Positions 43,847 to 57,200 of a DNA stretch of 64,000 nt are shown piece after piece. Every line of letters begins with the position of its first letter. Within the stretch, counting starts at the first letter, position 1. Source of the stretch: Eledone cirrhosa. Taxonomy: Eukaryota. Position numbers and translations under genes: made by a program. The notes below the pieces were generated by a model. It was not told the origin of the DNA and searched no databases. It worked only from the letters and a program-made list of their open reading frames with translations. The stretch is taken from positions 114,142,001-114,206,000 of the forward strand of contig OZ024741.1 in NCBI GenBank assembly GCA_964016885.1, given 5' to 3'.

Positions 43847-45084
43847 ATACCCAGCAGATTTGTTTCAATCTGGATATCTTGTCTGGTAATATATCATGTT
43901 TGAATTTTTATTTTTTTACAAAAAAAAAAAAATGAAATTTGCGTGACATTAGATTCAGGTAAATCTAACACCAAATATTTCCTAATAAGGTAAGTTAACT
44001 AAACATGTAACAGCTGAGTTCCCCCCCCCCCCCACACCCACAAAAAAAAAGTTTAAAATAAAATTAAAATATAAAAAAAAATTGGTGCATTGGAAGGAGC
44101 GATGTTGTTTGTAAAAGCTGAGTGTTGAGAGAAAAATGAATATAGATATATAAAAACGAGAGAAAATATACATGTGTAGGCTTTATAGATAGGAAGTGAG
44201 TTGTGGTCTAGTTTAGTCTTATTAAATAAAGAAAAGAATGAAAAAGAAAGAACAAAAACAAGAAAGAGTATGAAAGAAAATTAAAAAAAGAGTAAGGTAG
44301 ACAGAGTGGGAGAGGGAAAAATAGAAAAGTTGGGAAAAAAGTAGAGAAGAAAAAGTGTAAGGTAAAAAGTGAAAAATAGCTGTTGAATGTGAATCACAAA
44401 CCTAGCTATGTACCTGTTTATCAAATAATGACTGGAGGAGTTGAATAAAATAAAGATTTTATCAGTGCTTACCTAAACAAATAATAGTATTGGATTTCTC
44501 TTGTATAAAAGGTTGATATGTAGAAAGATAAGTTCCCTTTGGGGACTATTTAGAATTTTCTAAATAAATAGTTGATATATTATTTCCTGAACATTTAAAG
44601 GATTAATTTTTTTTTGGGGGGGGGTCTATCAGTTTGAACATGATTAACTTATTGAATCATAATTTATTTATCATAAATTTTAATGTTCTGTAGAACATTT
44701 ATGTATCAATTGCAGTCAATCATTTTAAATGGTAAAACATTGTAAAACTTTATGTGAGTGACAAATCCTTCAAATGGTATCTACAAATTAATATTTAATT
44801 GAGTTTATTATAATGGAAAAATCCCGCCGAGGTTAACTTTGCCTTTCATCCTTACGGGGGTTGATAAAATAAAGTACCAGTAATACACTGGGTAATTGCT
44901 GGCCTTGTGCCTAACGTAGAAACAATTATAATGGGAAAAGGCCTAATGATTATTGATCAAACATTCAGAGTGATTTTGTGCTCATTCCAATGGCAAATAT
45001 AATACATTAAAAAAATGGAAATAGTTATGAAAGATAACTTGTCAAGCTAAATTTGATTTTCACATAAAAAATAGCTTTGTTCAC

Positions 45085-46692
45085 TAGGTGAAGATATGTC
45101 AAGAAATGCTAGTGGAACGGAGCTGCGCTAAAATGAAATCGAGGAAGGCCTGTGCCAAGGTTGTGAGAGTTGATTGTAAGTCACTGAAGCTCACAGAAAT
45201 GATGACGAAGGACTGCATTGAGTGGAGGGATTCTCTGCTTAAAAAGACCCATCCAACCCATGAAAGTATGGAAAAAAAGGGATAAAACAATGATGATAAT
45301 ATATGTATGTTTGTCTGTGTGTATATATATGTATGTATATATGTAATAATATATATAAGTATGCATATATATATGTATACCCAATGACTGGCATGGCAGT
45401 ACAATCATAAATTGCTACAAAAGCAAAGGCGATGTTCTAGAAAGGAGCAACTATAGAGCAATAAAACTATATTTAGCCTTTGTTGAACTAGAAAAGGTCT
45501 TTGACAGAGTACCTTCATCGATTATCTGGTGATCCCTAAGGAAATTAGGTGTAGAAGAATGGTTTGTGAGAAGGGTGCAAACCATGTACAAAAAAACTGA
45601 GTTTAGTAAGGAATTCAAGGTACAGGGAGAAGTTCATCAGGGTTCAATTCTTAGACCACTGCTATTCATCATAGTTCTTTAGGCAATAACAGGAGTTTAA
45701 GACTGGTTGTTCATGGGAACTTTTCTATGTAGATGATTTGGTCTTTATAGCTGAATCCATAAAAGAACTAGAGAATAAGTTCTGATTATGCAAACAGAAA
45801 TTAGAATCAAAAGGCCTGAGAGTAAACTTAATCAAAACTAAAGTGCTAGTAAGTAGGAAAGAAGACAACCTCGATTCCCTCAAGGAAGTGGTCTTGCTGA
45901 ATATGTAGAAAAACAGTAGGCATACATTCTGTAAGATGCACATAATATAAATCTTGGATACACAAGAGATGTAGTGGGATAACAGAAAGACTAAAAGGAA
46001 AGAAATACTTTGTATAGAGAAGAAGCACAAGGGTAATTGAGGGGAAGAGCGTCAGTAATATAAACCTCGAATTGCAGGAAGGATCTGTAGAAGTGTTGGA
46101 TAGCTTTTGCTATCTAGGTGTCTTAAATAGCAGCAGAGGAGGATGTTCTGAGAACATAATAGCTAGAAAAAGGATAAGATGGAAGAAGTTTAGAGAGCTA
46201 CTCCCACTGTTGACAACAAAAGGTTTCTTGCTACAGACAAAAGGATGACTGTTTGGAGCCTGAGTGCAAAGTGCAATGCTGCATGGTAGTGAAACGTGGG
46301 CTGTGACTACAGAAGACATGCGTAGACTGGAGAGAAATGAAGCAACCATGTTTTGTTGGATATGCAATGTAAATGTGAGAAAAAGGCAGAACTTGGATGA
46401 ACTGAGAGAGAAAAGAGGAATCTGAAGTGATATACAAGAGAGAAGACTGCATTGGTATGGACATGTGAAGCACATGGATGATAATTGGTGGGTGAAGAAA
46501 TCCCAGTGGAAGAAAGCTGCAGTAGAGATAGACAAAGAAAGACCTGGGCAGAGTTTGTAAGAGCTGATCTCAAATCATGGAGACCGACAGAGGAGATGAT
46601 GAAAGAATGTAGTGAGTGGAGAGATGTGCTGAAATGGATCTGTCCAATCCATACAAGCATGGAAAAACAGATGTAAAAATGATGATGATGAT
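45085..46692 (+). mobile_element. Decayed RTE LINE fragments (45085-45297 and ~45380-46692)
   Basis: RT motifs with many stops; (ATG)n tails. Confidence 0.85.
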
Positions 46693-47257
46693 TATATTAT
46701 ATATATATATTAGGACCCCCTTCAGTCACGAATGACCAAGAGATTTGTACCTAGAATGTTCTCTTCTGAGGCCCAAGCCTGGGCAAGGTTGTTTGTGGAA
46801 GACTATAAGTTGCCCATACATACCAGTCTCTCCTTTCTAGGGGAAAAACAATAGCCGATACAGCTTAGCACCAGTGATGTCGCAACTCATTTCTACAGCT
46901 GGAGCAATATGAAATAAAGTGCCATAGATACAGCTATGAGTATAAGATCATTTGCATACAGGAGTTCTGATGAGCAGCCAGTCTTAAACTCCCCTGTTAT
47001 TTGTACCAGTGTTCCTTGCCTGAAATGAATTTGGCTGAATCTCCCATCCACCTCACTTCTTGCACACAGCACACGTCTACTCCTCTCCTCTCTAACATCT
47101 CCACAACTTCACTGCACTTACCTCATTGTTCTGACATTCAATATGGCAAATTTCAGGTCCCGTGCTTCATGGGAAGGGGGCTGCATGGGTGTCTTTTTCT
47201 TTTCCTGGGTTTTATGAGTAGGAGGGTTGCCCAGTTGTTTGGTGATTCTCTGGGGAA

Positions 47258-47309
<52 letters not shown>

Positions 47310-47806
47310 TATGTATATATTATATGTATTATATATAAATGAAAAAATAATAATCACTCAAAAGGAGGTAGCATTTAATTTCTCTACAAAGAAATTAAAT
47401 GCTGCCCCCCTTTGTAGTTGAATGAAACATGTAAATCAATTAACTAATGTATTAATGTATTGAACCATGGCGATTATTTTTTCATTTATATATGCTCTGT
47501 GATTTTGTAATACTACGATGACTGGAAATTTACAAATTGAATTTAACTTTGAACTGTCTTTTGCCAATCTTGATGTGGATAAAATTACATTAGAACTTTA
47601 AATATCTGGATGCCTTATATACATGTATCAACTCATATAATCTACCTTATATATAATATAGAAAAGGCTTCTACAGAACTAGAACTGTTTCATTCAGGCC
47701 TTCCTGAACCTGGGATAAACTTATATATATATATGTCCAATAAATTCCATTCGTTGCAACACTGATTCTCTTTTTTTCTGTGATATATATATATTATATA
47801 TATATA

Positions 47807-49074
47807 CAGGGTGCAGACGATATTTGTTCGCAAGATTACTGTCTAGGAAAAAATAACACAGTAGTTTTATTTTTTAAGATATATTTATCAACCTTGGGTC
47901 AGTTTGTCTTCATGACTTGTTCTTTCGATCTCACTCGATAAACCCGCCATTGGCTTTGATGATGGCCTCAAGGCGGCCTCGGAACCGTATACAGGCCTTC
48001 GCCACTGTCCCCCGACTTAGGCCCCTAAAGGCACTTGTGAGCCTGGCCTTCAGATTGTCTTTTGTGTTGCAGCTAGATCTGTTGGTGTCTCGTTCCACTG
48101 CACCTCACACAAAAAGTCGAGGGGGTTGCAGTTAGGTGAGCTGGGAGGCCAGATGTTAGGTGAAGTGTGGTCAACAAAGTTCTCTGACAGCCAGGCTGGG
48201 GTCTTTTGGCTGGTATGGCAGGGCGCTGAGTCTTGCTGCCATACGTACGGCCTACCTGCAGCTACCTGGTCGATCCAGGGCTTTACTACCTCGCTCAGAA
48301 TGTGGATGTAGCCATCGGTGTCAGCTTGAGGCTCTCAGGGAAGAAGTGAGGTGGCATGACGTCACCTTGACTGCTGACGACACCTAAGACCAATGTTATC
48401 GCTAGAAACTTTGTCTGCATGACTTTGGTACGTCTTTGGATGAGACAGCGAGCCACCTGTTGTTCTGCGAGTTGATCTGATATTGGCAGATCTAGCTGCA
48501 ATATGAAAATCCATAGCATGTTTGGCTCCAGTGGGTGTTTCAACTTGTTGATCAGCTTCTTTGTGTGCTTCAGTTGCTTTTCTTGCATTGCCTTTGACAG
48601 AAATTGTCCTTTCCTCATCTTGTATGAAATGTAGTGAATGTCTTCATGTACCACCAGCCTAATGAGCTTTTCATCCACGCCTTTCTCCCTTGCAATGGCA
48701 CGCATCGATTTGCTAGGTTCATTGTTGATGATATCCTGAACTTCAGCGACGAACTCGGGCGTTCTTAAGGCGTCAGATCGTCGATCATGTGTTTTTCTCT
48801 CTGGTGTTGCTGCGTAGTCGAATCCTGAATCTTCCAATTCCTTTCTGACCTTTTCCACCATTCTCCTGCTGACGCTGAGAAAGTCAGAAATTTCCTTATT
48901 TGTCTTCCTGGTGCAGATTCCAAGAAGAACTCCGTGTCTCTTCCACAAATTTGGAGGTTCAAAATTATTCATAATCAATTATTTTGAAAATAAATAATGG
49001 AAATATAGTCACTGTTTTTATGAAGACAAAAGTGAGAATGAAAGTAAAAAAAATTTGCATAAAATTAGCAGTTG
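47807..49074 (-). mobile_element. DD37D (maT) transposon copy with frameshifted transposase; 5' TIR lost
   Basis: TA|CAGGGTGCAGACG TIR. HTH region ORF 48295-48978. Homologous to 39060-39932. Confidence 0.88.
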
Positions 49075-49829
49075 TATTTATTCATATGTAACCCATGTAC
49101 AACCACGCAGCACGCCATTTTTCATATATTTATATTTTTTCCTCTGCTGCGACCTGTCTGTTTCTTTCTTACTGCTTCCCCTTTCTCTGTATCTCTCACC
49201 TTCTTTTTACCCCCTCTGCCGGTCCCTGTCTTTCAGCTGGCCTCTTCCTCACACTTTCACTCATTCACTCTCTGCTTCTCCCCTCTCTCACTTCCTCCCG
49301 TTTGACCTGTGTGAAATCCTTTTCTCGCTCACATCTCGCCCATGTCGGATGGTCTTTACCTCTCGTCTATGATTTCACCAAACTTAAGTTCATAGATATC
49401 ACGGACTTGTTTCTTCTCTTCCTCTCTTTCTGTTGCATTACCATCTATGTTTGTTTACATGTCTCGCTCGCTTCACCCTATTTTACATGTTTAGTTATTG
49501 CTTGCACCAACCAGAGGTATATGATCAATGAAGGTTGGAAGATCACTGATGAAGGACTAATTTTATTCATATGTAACCCATGTGCAACCACAGCACGCCA
49601 TTTTTCATATATATATATATCATCATTTGATCATCATTTCATTTTACGTCCGCTTTTCCCTGCTTGCACGGGTGGGACGGGAACTGATTTTGGGTTGATT
49701 TCTACAGCTGGATGCTCTTCCTAACACCAACCTCACTTACAGTGAGTAGTGGGTGCTTTTTTTCCGGGGCGCCTACACGTCCACTTTACAGTGTGGGCTG
49801 GGTGCTTTTTTGCCGTGGAAACGCCACGA

Positions 49830-50120
49830 CCACATTTCTACAGCTGATTGAACTGGAGCAATGTGAAATAAAGTGTCTTGCTCAAAGAAACAACAGATCA
49901 CCCGGTCTGAGAATTGAACTCACAACCTTTCAATTGCAAATCCAATGCTCTAACCACTAAGCCATATGCCTCCATATATGTGTGTGTATATATATATATA
50001 GAAGGCGTGTGGCTGAGTGGTTAGAGAATTGGATTCGCAATCGTAAGGTTGTGAGTTCGATTCCTGGACCAGGCGATGCGTTATGTCCTTGAGCAAGACA
50101 CTTTATTTCACGTTGCTCCT
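49830..50120. mobile_element. Divergent (head-to-head) pair of tRNA-derived SINEs: ~49830-49972 (-) and ~50003-50120 (+)
   Basis: GGCTGAGTGGTTAGAG…GTGAGTTCGATTC…CTTGAGCAAGACACTTTATTTCAC present in both orientations around a (TA)n spacer. Confidence 0.8.
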
Positions 50121-50617
50121 TCTACCTGGAGTTGCGACCGATAGATAGTATTAGCAATTGGAAAGACCAACGGAAACACTCTTCCCTCGGTCCGATTTGA
50201 CGAAAGTCGATCGTCTCCTATATATATATACACACACACACACACACATATATATAATATAGTATAAATACATACAATATATATATATATATATATAATA
50301 TTATCATCATCATCACCATTCAACATCCATTTTTCCACGCTGCCATGGGTTAGATGTTTTGTCCAGTTGTGAGACAAGTCAGGTCAGATGACCATGTCTT
50401 GTCTTGCTTAAAAAAGGACTGTTTCTGGTTTGGTTTCTACAACTGGATGCTGTTGCTAATGCCAACCACATTTACAGTGTGGACTAGATGCTTTTCATCA
50501 TGGCACCAACACAACCACTTTAAAGTGTGGTCTAGCATCTTTTTGTCATGTCATTAACATGACCACTTTACTGTGTTGACTGGGTGCTTTTTGTTGTGTT
50601 ACCAACACGACCACTTT

Positions 50618-51409
50618 CATCATCATCATCATCGCTTATCATCTATCTTCTACGCTAGCATGGGTTTAGACGGGAATTGTCCCATGTGAAGCAAGATTGG
50701 TTGTCTTGCTCGTATAGGACTGTCTGGCAGGTTTTCTACGGCTGGATACCCTTCCTAACACCAACCATGTTTACAGTGTGGACTAGGAGGTTTTTACCGT
50801 GTTACCTACACGGCCATATTTGAGCGTGGACTGTGTTGTTTTTGTCGTGACACCTTCACAACCTCATTTATTTAGGACTGGATGTTGTGGTACCAACATA
50901 ACTTTACAGAGAAAGGGATGGTGTAAATGGGGGTGGGGGTAGGGGTAGTGGGATGGGGATGTATTTTTGGTTAAGAGGTGCCTACTGACTATAGGTTTTA
51001 CTTTGTACTTAGGCAAGGTGGGTCTTCTGTATTACTGCGTAGTGCCAAAGATCTTGGTCCAGTGACATTGTCTTGGAGAGGTGTAAGTGTGTAAGGTCGG
51101 AATTTATCAAATCGACCTAGACTTTATATAAATATATGTATATATATATATGTATTTGAGGTCGTGTAGGTGTCACGACAAAAAAACACACAGTCCAGGC
51201 CATAATGTGGCCGTGTAGGTAACACGGTAAAAACCTCCCAGTCCACACTGTAAACATGGTTGGTGTTAGGAAGGGCATCCAGCCGTAGAAAACCCGCCAG
51301 ACAGTCCTATACGAGCAGGACAACAAATCTTGCCGCAAGTGGGAAAACTCCCTTCCAAACCCATGCAAGCGTGGAAGATGGACGTTAAACGATGATGATG
51401 ATGATGATG
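50618..51409. mobile_element. Two RTE 3'-end fragments in opposite orientation (50618-51115 minus; 51160-51409 plus)
   Basis: Same 3' UTR as the 37305 and 54238 copies; (ATG)n/(CAT)n tails point outward. Confidence 0.85.
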
Positions 51410-51512
51410 ATATATATATAGATAGATATATTAATTATTTATTAAAATAACAGATTAAAGTTTTCTTATCGAGCCCTCTTCGAATTTTAGGCTTCACATT
51501 TATTATTATTAC

Positions 51513-51529
51513 ATATATATATATATATA

Positions 51530-51570
<41 letters not shown>

Positions 51571-51633
51571 ATATATATATATATATGTGTGTATATATAT
51601 ATATATATGTGTGTATATATATATATGTATATA

Positions 51634-51695
<62 letters not shown>
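51513..51695. repeat. Compound (TA)n/(TG)n microsatellite
   Basis: Read directly. Confidence 0.95.
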
Positions 51696-51697
<2 letters not shown>

Positions 51698-52505
51698 CTG
51701 GGTGCTTTTTTGCCGTGGCACCTCCACGACCACTTTGCAGTGGGAAGGTGTGGGGGCATATTGTCTATATGCTTCAGCTTTGGCTTGTACCCATGGGGGT
51801 TCGGTCTTCTGTATTACTGCGTGACGCCAGAGGTCACAGTAGTGTGTCATCACCTTTGAGAGGTGTAATTGGGTAAGGTCGGCTTTTATCACCCCAGGTC
51901 TTGGGTCTCCCCACTCCGTGGTTTCCATCGACTTCTAGTGCTCTGCACCGTTTTATGCAGCTGTCATCCTTCATACGCATTACATGTCCATACCAATGCA
52001 ACTGCTTCTCCTGCACATAGGATTTGATTTCTCTTATGCTCAGTCTCTTTCTCAATTCATTTATGCTTTGCCGTTCGCGTATGTTACTATTACACATCCA
52101 TCGGAGCAGGCAGGCTTCGTTTCTTTCTAATCTACGTAAGTCTTCCACAGACATCGCCCAGGTCTCACTACCATGTAACATTGCTGTTCGTATACACGCA
52201 TTATACAGTTTGCCTTCATTTTGAGGGAAAAGCCTTTTGCAGCTAGCAGTGGCAGTAGCTCCTTGAACTTCTTCCATCCTGTTCTTACCCTAGTTATTGT
52301 ACTTTCCGAACACCCACCTCCGCTGCTAATTCGGTCACCTAGGTAGCAGAAGCTGTCTACTGTTTCTACAGGGCCCTCCCAGAGATTGGTGGTACTTCTT
52401 TCCTGTGGCTGTTTGCTGCCTGCTGTCCCTGCACAGCTGCTACATGTGAAGCCTACATTCTTAGTTAAGCTTCCTGAGATCCCGCTACATCTCTTGTGTA
52501 CCCAT
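51696..52505 (-). mobile_element. RTE LINE 3' fragment
   Basis: ORF 51834-52277 with MLHGSETW and HWYGHVMRM. Confidence 0.9.
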
Positions 52506-52989
52506 ATATATACACATATATATATATATGCATAAAATGGAAAATGTAGCTATGTATGTGTAATGGAAAATCTTTTTGGAGCATCTGTCCATTGCTGGAA
52601 AATTGAGATGATTAGTGACAAGTTTCAATACAATTGAACACTAGAAATGATATTTAGCTGACCTCATAATAAACACATGCACACACAGGCTCACGCACAC
52701 ACACAAATTAAGAAAAAAATGTTTTTGAAACAAACAATGTTTTTCTATGGAATTTAGCTATATCATTATTAAATTTTTCATGTTTAATGGACAATTTATA
52801 CAGAAACCTTGGTGTCTAGATTGTATTTAGCATAGCTCCACTGAAACATTCAGTATAATATTTGGACATGGTATATTGCAATGAGATTTAACTGTCATCA
52901 TGGAATAAATATTATGAAAATTTGTGACATTTTTTTTCATGAGGTATTTTGAGAAAAAAAAAATTAATTCATAAAATACATATACATAC

Positions 52990-53560
52990 ATTAGCCTTGA
53001 TGGAATGCAGTTAGACTTTGTGTTAGGGAGATGTACTGCTGATGACATCTTCCCAGTAAAACAACTGCAGCAGATGTATTGAAATAGCGAGCTAGGAATA
53101 AGCCTCCAAACTTAACATTCATCAACATGGAAAAAGCCCATGACAGAGTTTCATGCTCTGTAATCTGATGGTCATTAAAGAAATTAGAGGTCAATGAATG
53201 CTTTATGAATGTCAAATAAGCCATATACAGAGATATGCAATTAGCAAACAATAAGTACAGCAAAAAATTTAGAATGCAAGTGGAAGGAAATTCATCAGTA
53301 CTCAGTTCTTTCCTGTGTATTATTGTCTCCCAGGTCATAAGAGAGGGATTTAAGACCAGTTGTCCATGGTAACTCCTGTATGCTAATGACCTCACTCTTA
53401 TTCATAGAATAATTAAAGCAGAAATTCTTTACATGGAAGCAAAGTATTGAATCAAAAGGCTTCAAAATAAACCTAGCAAAGACTAAAGTTATAGTTAGTA
53501 GAAGACTGGACTTGCCTACCATCAAAGAATTGATAGAGCTGAATATGCAGAAAAAGAGTA
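52990..53560 (+). mobile_element. Old decayed RTE RT fragment
   Basis: FKTSCPW*LLYAND-like motif. Confidence 0.7.
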
Positions 53561-53962
53561 GTTAGAAACCCCACAGTGTTTCCAGTGTATACAATGAGCT
53601 TTCCACAGACATGTGTACCCTTATCAAAATTCTCATGAAGATTCAGTGTGTGACAAATCTAGCTCTTTGAATTACATGTATAGTCCATTTGATGGGCTTC
53701 TAAATGTTTTCAATCTACCCAATTTCAATCACAATGCATGGGTTGATCTGAAGCTACGGTAAGTTGCATCAAGATGCTATGCTGTGATATTGAACCTGGT
53801 ACCTAATGATTGTAAAGCAAACTCCTTAACAATCTAACTATGCTAAACAAAAAACAATATCAAGAATAAAAAAATAATAGTATAACAAGAAAAATATACA
53901 TGTATGTGTTTGTTGAATACCAACTATTTTTGGATTTATTCCTTAACTGTTGTCTGTTTCAC

Positions 53963-54088
53963 ATATGGGGAAAGTGAAAAGAGCCTTCAAAAAGCAGAAT
54001 GCATTCTTGAAAACTTAAAGAAATTGTGTTGCTCAGATGGAAAACTTTACCAAGCATGGGCTGTTACATTGGTTCTTGATTTCGCACA
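53963..54088 (+). CDS. TTC23: TTC23-like coding exon 5 (YGESEKSLQKAECILENLKKLCCSDGKLYQAWAVTLVLDFAQ)
   Basis: Follows U12 branch site + AC; 126 nt; donor CA|GTAAGT. Aligns with TTC23 EAAENLTKAERL…RLSFAQ (recalled). Confidence 0.88.
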
Positions 54089-54180
54089 GTAAGTAGCCAA
54101 ATTTAATGGATATTTCTTCAGAATTTTGCACTCTTAACTCTATGTTTCAACATTATCTATCATATGTCTCTCTACTGCCC

Positions 54181-54212
<32 letters not shown>

Positions 54213-54237
54213 AATATATATCTATCTATCTATATAT

Positions 54238-54276
<39 letters not shown>

Positions 54277-57200
54277 GTTTAACGTCCATATTCCACGCTT
54301 GCATGGGTTTGGACGGGAGTTTTCCCACTTGAGGCAAGAGTGGTTGTCTTGCTCGTATAGGACTGTCTGGCGAGTTTTCTACGGTTGGATGCCCTTCCTA
54401 ACACCAACCACGTTTACAGTGTGGACTGGGAGGTATTTACTGTGTTACCTACACGGCCACATTACAGCGTGGACTGTGTGTTTCTTTTTGTCGTGACACC
54501 TACACAACCTCATTTGTTTCGGGCTGGATGTTGTGGTACCAACATAACTTTACATTGAAAGGGGTGGTGTGATGGGGTGGGGGTAGTGGGACGGGGGTGT
54601 ATTTTGTTAGAGGTGCCTACTGAATGTAGTAGGTTTCGCTTTGCACTTAGGTAAGGTGGGTCTTCTCTATTACTGCGTAGCGCCAAAGATCTCGGTCCAG
54701 TGACATTGTCTTGGAGAGGTATAAGTGTGTGAGGTCGGAATTTATCAAGTCGTCCCAGGTTTTTCTGGGTCTGCCTACTCCGTGGCTACCGTCTATTTTT
54801 ATTGCACTGCACTTTTTTATACAGCTGTCGTCTTTCATGCGCATCACGTGACCATACCAACGTAGTCTTCGCTCGAGTAAACAACATCTGATCCCTCTTA
54901 TTCCTAATTTCTCCCTTAGTTCGTTTATGCTTTGCCATTCACGTATATTACTATTACACATCCAGCGGAGCATGCAAGCTTCGTTCCTCTCCAGTCTGCG
55001 TATATCCTCTGCACACAAGGCCCAGGTCTCACTGCCATGTAACATTGCTGTTCGTATGCAGGCATCATACAGCCTGCCTTTCATTTTTAGAGAGAACCCT
55101 TTAGCGGCCAATAGTGGTATAAGCTCTCTGAACTTTTTCCATCCCGTTCTGACTCTAGCTACTGTACTTTCAGAACACCCTCCCCCACTGCTGATTTTGT
55201 CATCCAGGTAACGGAAGCTGTCCACTATTTCTATAGAACCATCTGTGCAATGGAATGAGTTAGTATTCTCTGGGCACTTGCTGCTACTTATTGCACCAGA
55301 GCACCAGCCACATATAAAATCTATATTCTTAGTTAGCTTACCTGTGAATCCACTACATCTTTTATGTACCCATACTTTGCATTTGGGACATAAAATGGAG
55401 TTTCTACCTACTCCTTTCCTACACACCGAGCATGGCCATTTCCCGGATGGGACCGGTGCCCTATTTTTCTTCCTATAAACTAGAACTTTAGTCTTAGATA
55501 AGTTAACTTTAAGGCCTTTTGATTCTAGGCCATGCTTCCATGTTTCGCATTTCTTCTCTAGTTCAGCCATTGATTCAGCTATGAGCGTTAGATCATCTGC
55601 ATATAGGAGTTCCCATGGGCAGCCGGTCTTGAACTCCTCTGTTATAGCCTGAAGGGCAATAATAAATAGTAGGGGGATAAGGACGGAGCCCTGATGAACA
55701 CCAACTTTTACGCTAAACTCTTCACTATATTCGTTGTTAATTCTAACCTTGCTGTCTGTTTCTTTATACATGGCTTGTATAGCTCTCACAAGCCATTCAT
55801 CAACACCTAGTTTTCTAAGGGCCCACCAGATAATCGAACGGAGTACTCTGTCAAAGGCTTTCTCCAAGTCAAAAAAAGCTAAGTATAGGGGTTTACTTTT
55901 AGCTAGGTACTTCTCCTGTAGTTGTCGTACAATGAAAAGAGCGTCTGTTGTACTTTTACCTGACACAAACCCGAACTGCATTTCGTCTAGATCAATTCGC
56001 TCTCTGATTAGTTGCGCTATTACTTTTTCTGTGACCTTCATGACCTGGTCAATTAATTTAATGCCTCTATAGTTTCCCCTATATAGGGCATCACCTTTAC
56101 CCTTGTAGCAGTTAATGATGATGCTGCTGCGCCAGTCCTTTGGAATGACCCCATTCTGTATGACTTGGTTTACTATCCGGGTGACCATAGTGTGTCCCAC
56201 CGTTCCAGATGTTTTCAGCATTTCGGCAACTATTTCCGAAGGCCTGGCCGCCTTGCCCGTCTTCATGTCTTTGATCGCCTTACTTATTATACTACCTTCA
56301 ACTTGCACTGCTGGTCCCTCTATTGAGTCGATGTGGGGGAGACTGTCTTTCTCCCAATTATTCTCCTCATTTAGTAGCCTTTCGTAGTGACACTTCCAAG
56401 CTACCTTCTTATCAGCGTGAGTGATGGCAAGTACACCATCATCATTAAGGACACACTTCTCCCCAACAATATCACTGTTTTCCTTGACACATTGCCTAGC
56501 AATCCTGAACACCTCACGTTTTTGGTCCTCGCATTGTAGAACATGCTTGAACTTTCTTTCCTCTGCTTCCTTTCTTGCAAAGTACACTTGTCTCCTAGCT
56601 TCGCTCCTGGCCACTTGATAGTCTTCTCTACTTCCCCCATCCTGCCATGCTTTCCAAGCCTGCTTTTTGGCCTTGATTGACCTCTCCACCTTACTGTTCC
56701 ACCACCAAGTTACTCTCCTCCTGCCTATAGGCCTGCTCCAACCACAGGTTTCATGTCGCCTTCAGCAGGTTAGCTTTCAGGAATTCCCACTGTTCCTCTA
56801 TATTGTACGACTCTAATTGCTCTTCCTTACTATCAAAAGTATCAAGTAATATGCTTTTAAATTTATTACTGGCTGTGGGGTCCTTTAATTTCCATATTTT
56901 TCTCCTGAGGATAGTCCTCTTCTGTTGTTGAATACGTCTCGTCCTGACTATGAGGTCGCTAATTATGAGTCTATGTTGAGAGGTGCATTCTTCATGGGGA
57001 GGGATTTAGTGTTTACAACAGACACTCTGTCACGTCTCCTGGTAAGGATATAATCTACCTGGCTTGTGTGTTGCCCCAATCTATAGGTGATCAAGTGATT
57101 GTCTCGTTTTTTGAAGTTAGTGTTACAGATAGTTAGGTTATTTGCGTCACAGAATTCCAGGAATCTGGAGCCTTCCTCATTTCTAGTACCAAACCCATAG

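Larger units (their letters stand above)
33183..53962 (+). other. U12-type AT-AC intron, ~20.8 kb
   Basis: Donor ATATCCTTTT (33183), branch site TTCCTTAAC (53939-53947), terminal AC (53961-53962). Splicing gives in-frame AA|A (Lys). Confidence 0.9.

Noticed and set aside
50003-50075. tRNA gene
   Set aside because: tRNA-like A/B boxes continue into a SINE body seen repeatedly in the window; no proper acceptor stem or terminator.
51487-51928. YI/IY-rich ORFs
   Set aside because: Translations of (TA)n microsatellites.
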